The translations under genes and the position numbers were made by a program. Below are positions 56,376-64,000 of a DNA stretch of 64,000 bases, piece after piece; the first letter of the stretch is position 1, and the number at the start of each line of letters is the position of its first letter. Origin of the DNA: a virus. The notes under the pieces are model-generated. The model saw only the letters and a program-made list of their open reading frames with translations, had not been told where the DNA came from and ran no database searches. The stretch is taken from IMG/VR virus record IMGVR_UViG_3300032286_000926, positions 1 through 64,000 of that record; one strand, written 5' to 3'.

Positions 56376-57605
56376 ATGCCAACTAATTATACCTTTGTCA
56401 ATTCATCATTAACAGGAACTTCTACACCAGTTGCTTTGGATGATTACTTTATTCCAAAAGCACCGTTCACTCAAGGTGGTTTATGGGCATGGGGTAAAAA
56501 TCTTTATGCTTTTGGCCAAGGCGGCCAATTAGGTGATAATACTCTCATTGATAGGTCCTCACCTGTTCAAGTTACTAATGGCGGTACCAATTGGAAACAA
56601 GTATCCGCAAATGTTTATGGTACTGCTGCCATTAAAACCAATGGAACATTATGGATGTTTGGTTATTATATAGGAATTGCAGCTAATGTAAAAACACCAG
56701 TTCAAATTGGAACCGATAATAATTGGAAACAAATATCATTTTCTGGATATAATGGTATAACTGTTGCTGGAATTAAAACCGATGGTACACTATGGACTTG
56801 GGGTAATCAAAATAGTGTAGGTCAGTTAGGTGATGGCACCATTGTTGGTAAATCTACACCAGTTCAAATTGGAACCAATACTAATTGGAAACAAGTATCA
56901 GCTGGTAATAGTGTAATGGCAGCTATTAAAACCGATGGAACTTTATGGACTTGGGGACATAACTATTACGGAGAATTAGGTAATAATACTAATCGAGAAA
57001 CGGATAATGTTCTTTCAGTTTCTTCACCAATACAAATATATGGTGGTGGTACCAATTGGAAACAAGTATCTACTGCACAAGGTATTTCCACATCCGTGTT
57101 TGCTATTAAAACCGATGGTACACTTTGGTCGTGGGGAGATAATAGTAACGGTGTATTGGGTCTAAATGATGCAATACCTCTTTCAGAAACATCTCGTTCA
57201 AGTCCTGTACAGATATATGGAGGCGGTACCAATTGGAAACAAGTATCATCTGGTTGGATGACTGCGGCGGCTATTAAAACAGATGGCACATTATGGTTAT
57301 GGGGACTTAATGCCGGTTACTATTCGGGATTAGGTGTTCCAGCTTCTCGGTCATCACCTGTTCAAATTGTTGGCGGTGGTACTAATTGGAAAGAAGTATC
57401 TGTTAGTGCTGGTGGAATGTCAGCAATTAAGACTGATGGTACTCTGTGGACTTGGGGTAGTAACCTATATGGCCAATTAGGAAATAATGTTTCTGATGGT
57501 ATTTCATCTTCAACACCAATACAAATATATGGTGGCAATACAAATTGGAAACAAGTTTCACACGGTACTACACATGTGGCCGCAGTTCGAACTGACTATT
57601 ATTAA
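56376..57605 (+). CDS. RCC1-repeat beta-propeller protein
   Basis: Repeated blades; first 34 aa identical to the next gene. Confidence 0.9.
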   Translation: MPTNYTFVNSSLTGTSTPVALDDYFIPKAPFTQGGLWAWGKNLYAFGQGGQLGDNTLIDRSSPVQVTNGGTNWKQVSANVYGTAAIKTNGTLWMFGYYIGIAANVKTPVQIGTDNNWKQISFSGYNGITVAGIKTDGTLWTWGNQNSVGQLGDGTIVGKSTPVQIGTNTNWKQVSAGNSVMAAIKTDGTLWTWGHNYYGELGNNTNRETDNVLSVSSPIQIYGGGTNWKQVSTAQGISTSVFAIKTDGTLWSWGDNSNGVLGLNDAIPLSETSRSSPVQIYGGGTNWKQVSSGWMTAAAIKTDGTLWLWGLNAGYYSGLGVPASRSSPVQIVGGGTNWKEVSVSAGGMSAIKTDGTLWTWGSNLYGQLGNNVSDGISSSTPIQIYGGNTNWKQVSHGTTHVAAVRTDYY

Positions 57606-57619
57606 ATCAACTAAAGACA

Positions 57620-58759
57620 ATGCCAACTAATTACACATTTGTAAATTCATCTTTAACGGGTACTTCTACACCAGTTGCTTTGGATGATTACTTTATTCCA
57701 AAAGCACCGTTCACTCAAGGTAATTTATTTGCTTGGGGTAGTAATACTTACGGACAATTAGGTGATAATACTACTGCAGCTAAATCATCTCCAGTCCAAA
57801 CTATTGATACTGGAACAAATTGGAAACAAGTATCAGCAACTTTTGGAGAACAATCATCTTTTGGAATTAAAACCGATGGTACGTTGTGGGCATGGGGAAT
57901 TAACACAAATCGTGGCTTAGGTATTGGAACTAATGTTAATCAATCTTCACCCGTTCAAATAGGTACAGCAACAACTTGGAAACAAGTATCTGGTGATAGG
58001 GCTATTAAAACCGATGGTACGCTATGGGTTTGGGGATTTGATGGTAACGGTATTGGCGTTCCAAATATCTCCGGGGTATCAACACCAGTTCAAGTAGGTA
58101 CTGAAACAAATTGGAAACAAGTTTCACGGGGGTATACTCATTCTCTAGCCGTTAAAACCGATGGTACATTATGGTCGTGGGGTAGAAATCTTTATGGAGA
58201 ATTAGGTGATGGAACATTCAGTAATTGGAATGGAGGAGCTGGACCAGGAAGTCCTGGCACCCAATCAAAAAGCACTCCAGTTCAAGTTGTAGGTGGTGGA
58301 ACAAATTGGAAAAAAGTATCTGCTGGATTTGTACACACTGCTGCAATAAAAACCGATGGAACATTATGGCATTGGGGTGAGATTGCTACCTACCAAATTA
58401 GCACTCCAGTTCAAGTTGTAGGTGGTGGAACAAATTGGAAAGAAGTTTTTTCTGGCAATCAAATAATTTTTGCAATAAAAACCGATGGAACTTTATGGTA
58501 TATAAATAATTCAATTAGTTCTCCAGTTCAAGTTGTATGGGGTGGAACAAATTGGAAACAAGTTTCAACTGGATATCCAAGTACCACTACTGCTATTAAA
58601 TCCGATGGAACATTATGGAGCTGGGGAAGTAATACTTTTGGCCAATTGGGTCTTGGTGATACTACTTATAGAAGCACTCCTGTGCAATTAGGTATCGATA
58701 CTAATTGGAAACAAGTATCAACTTCTGGTGCCCATGCGTTTGCAATTAAAGTATATTAA
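57620..58759 (+). CDS. RCC1-repeat beta-propeller protein
   Basis: Repeated blades; first 34 aa identical to the previous gene. Confidence 0.9.
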   Translation: MPTNYTFVNSSLTGTSTPVALDDYFIPKAPFTQGNLFAWGSNTYGQLGDNTTAAKSSPVQTIDTGTNWKQVSATFGEQSSFGIKTDGTLWAWGINTNRGLGIGTNVNQSSPVQIGTATTWKQVSGDRAIKTDGTLWVWGFDGNGIGVPNISGVSTPVQVGTETNWKQVSRGYTHSLAVKTDGTLWSWGRNLYGELGDGTFSNWNGGAGPGSPGTQSKSTPVQVVGGGTNWKKVSAGFVHTAAIKTDGTLWHWGEIATYQISTPVQVVGGGTNWKEVFSGNQIIFAIKTDGTLWYINNSISSPVQVVWGGTNWKQVSTGYPSTTTAIKSDGTLWSWGSNTFGQLGLGDTTYRSTPVQLGIDTNWKQVSTSGAHAFAIKVY

Positions 58760-58809
58760 ATCAACTAAATAAATTTAATTAGTGTGTTGTAATTTTAAAA
58801 TGAGGTGTT

Positions 58810-59373
58810 ATGAAAATAAATTTAGGCTCAGGTTCCAAAAAAATACCTGATTATTTGAATGTTGATATTGATGCTGGTTCCAATCCAGACTATGTTGTAA
58901 ATCTTGAAACAGATAAACTTCCCTTTGAAGATAACTCTATTGATGCGGTAATTGCACATCATGTACTAGAACATCTTGGTGAAGGATTTTTTAATTGTAT
59001 TAAAGAACTCTACCGTGTATGTAAGCACGGCACAGTTATTGATATTAGAGTTCCTCATCCTCGGCACGACACCTTCTTGATTGACCCAACACACAGAAGG
59101 CCAATATATCCACATACTTTGGATATGTTTTCAAAATCAAGAAATAAAAAACAAATAGATTCTGGTGGAAATGAAACACCCATTGGATTTATCTATGATG
59201 TGGATTTCATGGTTATAGACCAGACTTATGTTCTTGATGAATATTGGCAAAGACAATTTCGGATGCTCACAGAAGAACAATGTGAACATGCCGTAAGGTC
59301 GTTTAATAATGTTATTGCAGAAATTAGTATTAAATTATTGGTGAATAAAGATGAATCCATTAGCAACCGCTGA
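58810..59373 (+). CDS. Class I SAM-dependent methyltransferase
   Basis: INLGSG, NVD, LPFEDNSID.V.A.HVLEHL, ELYRVCK.G, DPTH. Confidence 0.9.
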   Translation: MKINLGSGSKKIPDYLNVDIDAGSNPDYVVNLETDKLPFEDNSIDAVIAHHVLEHLGEGFFNCIKELYRVCKHGTVIDIRVPHPRHDTFLIDPTHRRPIYPHTLDMFSKSRNKKQIDSGGNETPIGFIYDVDFMVIDQTYVLDEYWQRQFRMLTEEQCEHAVRSFNNVIAEISIKLLVNKDESISNR

Positions 59374-60649
59374 ATTTTTAATTAGTATTAAAGAGAATGA
59401 AAAGGCCAAGATTGCACTTGACCTTATAAAACCTTATGCACAGACTATACCACAGATTGATGCCATAGGTAAACTATATGCTGAAATTAGAGAGTTTAAT
59501 GATACTCTTGAATTGGCACACCGAGTATATAAAATTGTAGATACGGAAGAGAACAAATTTGATGCTCGTGTCAACATTATTCGAGCTCATTTAAATTTGA
59601 ATCAACCATATGAAGCTTTAGAACAGGTTATAATTAATGAAAAATTAAAGCCTGATGACCATGCCAATCAAATGGATAAGGCGATGTGTTTCTTTTTACT
59701 TGATAGAAAAGATGAAGGTGAAAAGATACTCAGACACATATTGACCGAACCACACACCGAAGATATTGATATTCGTGTAAAGTTTAATTTAGGTACTTAT
59801 GATTTACGAAACGGTAAATTTAAAGAAGGACTAAAACATGTATTGCTTGATGGCCGTAAGTTAAATATTTGGCAAGATTTTAATTTTTCAAAAACACAAC
59901 TATGGACAGGCACTCCACAACCAGGTAAAACAATTGTTCTTTGTGCTGAAGGTGGTATAGGTGATGAAATCATTTCAGTACGATTTATGAAACACTTTCA
60001 AGACCATGGAATGAAACCTCTTTGGTATACCAATAGAAAAGATGTTGCTGATATATTTGATAGATGTGGTTTTAAAACAATCTCAAATTTAAACAATGTT
60101 CCACCTGATTGGTTATGGACATATTCAATGGCCACTCCAACTTATCTAGAACTAGAAGAGAATGATGTGTGGTATGGTTCATATTTGACACCAATACACA
60201 GAGCACCATTATTACCAAACAACGGTAAAAAGAAAATTGGCATTAAGTGTATGGGCAATCCAAAGTATGACCAAGACTTACACCGTACTATTCCGTTTGA
60301 AGAAATGATTGATTGTATTCCTGATGATTATGAAATCTATTCATTCCATATTGATGAAGATTTTCAACATCCAAGAGTGATACCACTTAAAGATAAAATC
60401 AAAACTTGGGACGACACACTTGATTACCTTGACCAAATGGATATTGTAGTTTCGAGTTGTACTTCATTGATTCATGCCACCGGTGCGATTGGTAAAAAGG
60501 CTATCGTTGTTGTTCCAATTCTTACCTATTATACATGGGCAAGACCTGATTATCACACAAAATGGTATGATGAAAACCTAACTATTTTAAGACAAAAAGA
60601 ATATGATAATTGGAAGTTACCTTTAAAAGAATTGAAAGAATTATTATGA
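59351..60649 (+). CDS. TPR-containing glycosyltransferase (GT9/GT-B-like)
   Basis: Helical TPR-like N-half; W.G....GKT....EGGIGDEI...RF, W.DT...L..MD.VVS.CTS..H..GA.GK, WY. Confidence 0.8.
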   Translation: MNPLATAEFLISIKENEKAKIALDLIKPYAQTIPQIDAIGKLYAEIREFNDTLELAHRVYKIVDTEENKFDARVNIIRAHLNLNQPYEALEQVIINEKLKPDDHANQMDKAMCFFLLDRKDEGEKILRHILTEPHTEDIDIRVKFNLGTYDLRNGKFKEGLKHVLLDGRKLNIWQDFNFSKTQLWTGTPQPGKTIVLCAEGGIGDEIISVRFMKHFQDHGMKPLWYTNRKDVADIFDRCGFKTISNLNNVPPDWLWTYSMATPTYLELEENDVWYGSYLTPIHRAPLLPNNGKKKIGIKCMGNPKYDQDLHRTIPFEEMIDCIPDDYEIYSFHIDEDFQHPRVIPLKDKIKTWDDTLDYLDQMDIVVSSCTSLIHATGAIGKKAIVVVPILTYYTWARPDYHTKWYDENLTILRQKEYDNWKLPLKELKELL

Positions 60650-61017
60650 ATGTAAAATACCAGATTATCAATATCAATTTAACTTCAATTGGCTCTGATG
60701 AACCCATTGAAGATGTACCTTGCGGTTCATGTACAATGTGCTGTGAAAAATTGACTCCACATTTGACACCAGAAGAAGTGGCTTCTGGTTTATACCCATT
60801 GAGTTTAATACAACCAACACTTGAACAGGTTGCTGACAAACCAGAAGTAGGTCCAATTGTTACTTTGTATCGAAAACGAGAAGGTGGTTGTGGTATGTTT
60901 GTAAATGGCCAATGTAGTATTTACGAGTATAGACCTTTATCCTGTAGGCAATTTGACTGTCGGAAAGGTCATCATCCAAATATACCTAATCAATTAGACA
61001 AGAAAATTGACTGGTAA
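60646..61017 (+). CDS. YkgJ-family Cys-cluster (CxxCxxCC) protein
   Basis: CGSCTMCC...C......CSIYE.RP..CRQFDC. Confidence 0.88.
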   Translation: MNVKYQIININLTSIGSDEPIEDVPCGSCTMCCEKLTPHLTPEEVASGLYPLSLIQPTLEQVADKPEVGPIVTLYRKREGGCGMFVNGQCSIYEYRPLSCRQFDCRKGHHPNIPNQLDKKIDW

Positions 61018-61069
61018 TACAACCAAGAGAACCTTGTGGCATAAATACAACATAACATAAGGAACCTTT

Positions 61070-61411
61070 ATGGCAGCATATTCCGAACTTTTTCTTGAAC
61101 AGTATGCGGATTTTTCGACATACATCAATGTAGATGATACCCAAGGTGATGCAATCAACCTTGCTGGTTATTCGGCCTCTTCTCAAATGAGAAAATCATA
61201 TTATTCTTCTACCGCATATAATTTTGTGGTACAAATTAGTGATGCCGCCAAAGGTGAAATTACACTTTCCATGAATGCTGCCAATACTGCAAATATGAGT
61301 CCTGGAAGATATGTGTATGACCTAAACATTAAAGATACCGCAAATGTTATAACCCGTGTGGTGGAAGGTATTGTGGTTATATCACCTGGAGCAACACGAA
61401 ATGGCGGTTAA
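61070..61411 (+). CDS. Small virion structural protein
   Basis: L.GY.A.SQMRKSY, G.ITLS, GRYVYD, RVVEG..V.SPG.TR; preceded by CATAAATA (61040-61047). Confidence 0.8.
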   Translation: MAAYSELFLEQYADFSTYINVDDTQGDAINLAGYSASSQMRKSYYSSTAYNFVVQISDAAKGEITLSMNAANTANMSPGRYVYDLNIKDTANVITRVVEGIVVISPGATRNGG

Positions 61412-61652
61412 TGTTCGAATCGGTCAAAGAAAGACCATTGGTTCTGTAAAAGTAGGACAGACCCAACCAACATTAATTAGCAATCCAAATCATACAGTAA
61501 AAACTAATATTGCTATGGCTGATATTACTGATGTATCAACTGCTAATTTGGAAAATGGTTTTACATTAATATACAATTCTGTGACTGAAAAATATGAAGT
61601 TTCTTCAATTAAAAACTTATCACCTACCAATATTACTGGTGGTTTATTTTAA
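61401..61652 (+). CDS. Small fibre-associated protein
   Basis: DITDV...NLENGFTLIYN....KY motif; ends TGGLF. Confidence 0.65.
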   Translation: MAVNVRIGQRKTIGSVKVGQTQPTLISNPNHTVKTNIAMADITDVSTANLENGFTLIYNSVTEKYEVSSIKNLSPTNITGGLF

Positions 61653-61690
61653 ACATAAATAGACAAGAAAAATAACAATTAAAGGTTTCT

Positions 61691-63328
61691 ATGGCAAATA
61701 CACTAATTCAACTAAAATATTCCACAGTAACGGATAAACCAGCCAGACTGAATATTGCTGAACCAGCATATTCATATACTAGTAATACGCTGTTTATTGG
61801 AACTCCTGATAGTCAAGGTACTATCAATATTGGTGGTCTATTTTATACTTCTCAAATAGATAATGCAACCAATCTTGCAACTGCTAATACGATTGTCAAA
61901 CGAGACGCTACAGGAAATGTGGCTGTTAATGTACTTACTGCAAATAGTTTTGTTGGTGCAATTACTGGTAATGCATCTACCGCAACAAAACTTCAAACTG
62001 CTCGAGACATTGGTCTTGCTGGTGATGCCACAGGTAATGTTTCTTTTGATGGTTCGTCTAATGTAACCCTTACAGTTGATTTGTCTGATACTGGTGTTGC
62101 TGCTGGAACATACGGTGGTTCCGCAAATATTCCTTACTTTACAGTTGACGTAGAAGGTCGTCTTACTGCTGCTGGTAATACCGCAATTTCTACAAACTTA
62201 AACTTTGATGGTAACTCAGGAACAGGTTCATTAAACCTTATTAACGATACTTTAAGTATTAAAGGCCAATCCGGTATTTCTACTGTCGGTGTTGATGCTA
62301 ACAATACTGTTCTTGTTAGCGTAGATAATACAGTTATTCGTTCAACAGGTACACAGACCATTACTGGTGACCTTACTGTTACTGGTAATATTGTTTTTAA
62401 CGGTAATACATTTACACAAAATGTAACAACATTAACTGTTAAAGACCCAATAATTTATTTGGCAGCAAATAATTATTCATCGGATATACTTGATATTGGT
62501 TTTGCTGGTAATTATTATGATGGTGCATCAAATGTACACGCTGGTGTTGTTCGTGTTCATGGCACAAATGATTTTTACATGTTTACTGGTTACAATGAAG
62601 AATTTGATAACAATTTACTCAATATTGCAAACCCAACATTAATACTTGCCAATACACATACTAACATAACTGGCGGCCGTGTTTCTGGACTATCACAAGC
62701 AATCAATGTAGTTGATGGTGGTACAGGTCGCAACACATTTACAACAGGTTCAATTGTAATTGGTAACGGCACTGGTGGATTACTTCAACTTGCTAACACA
62801 GGTACCGCAGGCACTTATGGTAATGCAGCTACTGTTCCTGTTGTTACAACAGATGCCTATGGTCGTGTAAGTGGTGTAACAAATACCGCTATTGCGATTG
62901 ATACTTCTGCTATCACTTCAGGTACATTAGGATTCTCCCGTGGCGGTACAGGTGCAACATCGTACACAACCGGTAATTTAATTGTTTCTGATGGATCAAA
63001 ATTAGTATCACTCGCCAATACTACATATACACAAACAGGTGTATTATCAAGCGCAAATACTGTTACTGCAATTAACATTGATGCTTATGGTCGTACAACT
63101 ACTTTAACAGCTGCACCGATTGCAATTTCTGCCGACCAAGTTACATCAGGTACATTACCTGTTGGCCGTGGCGGTACAGGTGCAACATCATTCACATTAA
63201 ATGGTGTTCTGTTAGGAAATAACGGTAGTGCGGTACAGACTGCTTCATCTTCAACAGAAGGTCATATTTTGACTATCAATGCTTCAGGTGTTCCTACATT
63301 CAGTATGCTGTCTGGTGGAACATTCTAA
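61691..63328 (+). CDS. Tail fibre protein
   Basis: IQLKYS...P..L..AE.AY N-terminus; GTYG...P..T.D..GR and GTL...RGGTGATS repeats; ends SGGTF; CATAAATA at 61654-61661. Confidence 0.85.
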   Translation: MANTLIQLKYSTVTDKPARLNIAEPAYSYTSNTLFIGTPDSQGTINIGGLFYTSQIDNATNLATANTIVKRDATGNVAVNVLTANSFVGAITGNASTATKLQTARDIGLAGDATGNVSFDGSSNVTLTVDLSDTGVAAGTYGGSANIPYFTVDVEGRLTAAGNTAISTNLNFDGNSGTGSLNLINDTLSIKGQSGISTVGVDANNTVLVSVDNTVIRSTGTQTITGDLTVTGNIVFNGNTFTQNVTTLTVKDPIIYLAANNYSSDILDIGFAGNYYDGASNVHAGVVRVHGTNDFYMFTGYNEEFDNNLLNIANPTLILANTHTNITGGRVSGLSQAINVVDGGTGRNTFTTGSIVIGNGTGGLLQLANTGTAGTYGNAATVPVVTTDAYGRVSGVTNTAIAIDTSAITSGTLGFSRGGTGATSYTTGNLIVSDGSKLVSLANTTYTQTGVLSSANTVTAINIDAYGRTTTLTAAPIAISADQVTSGTLPVGRGGTGATSFTLNGVLLGNNGSAVQTASSSTEGHILTINASGVPTFSMLSGGTF

Positions 63329-63399
63329 ATAGTTGTGAATAAACTGCCTAGAAATAGGCAGTTCCCTAATATAAAATTTTTTAGTGAAAAGGACTTATA

Positions 63400-63918
63400 A
63401 TGAGTGTAGAATTTACCAATATTTACCAAGAGATTCTGCTTGAGAACTTAGTTTCAATTATCAAGCAGAATTTTGTTTTTCAAACTCAACTTAAATTGAA
63501 TGAAAATCTTGGTCAACAAAATGCAGAGTTACAACAAAAAGTAAACGAATTACAAGGTGCCGCAAGTCAACTTGAAATTTATAAAAATAGAGCTGACCAA
63601 AATAATTCAGCACATGAAGAAAAAAGTCGAATTCAGGCTGCATTGAATGAAGAAATGAAAAACTCTTCATTGTACAAGCAAGAAATTGACACCAAAAATC
63701 AAACTATCATTAAACTTTCAAATGAAATGAAAATAATGATAGATGAATTAGAAACACTTAGAGAACTTGTACCTGCATCCAAATTGAAAAAATTGGAGAA
63801 ACCAAAACCGGTAGAAAAACCAGTAGAAGCGGTAAAAAAAGAAGAACCAAAAATTCAGAAATTTATTAAACCGGTTAACATTCAGCCATTGAAGGTTGAT
63901 TCTGGTGGAACATTTTAA
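63400..63918 (+). CDS. Coiled-coil protein
   Basis: Q/E/K-rich heptads; ends DSGGTF. Confidence 0.75.
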   Translation: MSVEFTNIYQEILLENLVSIIKQNFVFQTQLKLNENLGQQNAELQQKVNELQGAASQLEIYKNRADQNNSAHEEKSRIQAALNEEMKNSSLYKQEIDTKNQTIIKLSNEMKIMIDELETLRELVPASKLKKLEKPKPVEKPVEAVKKEEPKIQKFIKPVNIQPLKVDSGGTF

Positions 63919-63933
63919 TAAAAAGAAAGTCTT

Positions 63934-64000
63934 GTGTCTAATACATTAATACGATTAAAATATTCAACCACAACTGGTAATACACCAAGTTCTCTAGCCA
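63934..64000 (+). CDS. Tail fibre protein, N-terminal fragment (runs off the window)
   Basis: GTG-SNTLIRLKYSTTTGNTPSSLA, paralogous to the N-terminus of 61691..63328. Confidence 0.7.
   Translation, partial: MSNTLIRLKYSTTTGNTPSSLA

Noticed and set aside
56376-57721. Duplicated RCC1 N-termini as a DGR template/variable repeat pair
   Set aside because: Differences are synonymous third-position changes of mixed type, both copies are coding 5' ends, and no reverse transcriptase is in the window
1-64000. Alternative genetic code or introns/inteins
   Set aside because: Core genes are full length in the standard code, use TAA/TAG/TGA stops, and show no interruptions or suppressor tRNA

Overview
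A 64-kb segment of a large, AT-rich T4-like (contractile-tailed) bacteriophage genome; all calls are by eye from motifs and gene order, with no database searches. 1-16.7 kb: early/accessory region of small ORFs driven by repeated near-consensus sigma70 promoters with two conserved upstream motifs. It also holds five tRNAs (Ser, Ile2/Met-CAT, Glu, Gly, Thr) flanking a ~400-nt structured non-coding segment, three glycosyltransferases, GroES, RNase H and ClpP. 16.7-23.1 kb: DenV-like glycosylase, heme oxygenase, Cas4-like exonuclease, a circularly permuted two-piece tmRNA (tag ANDNKFALAA), SleB-type hydrolase and the DsbA-gp33-gp59-gp32 block. 23.2-28.1 kb (minus strand): gp4, gp2, gp54-like, gp26/gp51 (with a candidate -1 frameshift) and a tape-measure-like protein with a tail-lysozyme domain. 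28.1-64 kb: baseplate genes (gp48, gp53, split gp5, gp25, gp6, gp7, gp8) and a fibre/adhesin region. That region contains an almost proline-free (Gly-Tyr-Ser)n collagen-like fibre with an S74 chaperone, four RCC1 propeller proteins (one fused to a gp38-like polyglycine adhesin), a methyltransferase/TPR-glycosyltransferase/YkgJ cluster, and proteins sharing a C-terminal GG(T/L)F motif. A proteobacterial host is inferred, not shown.
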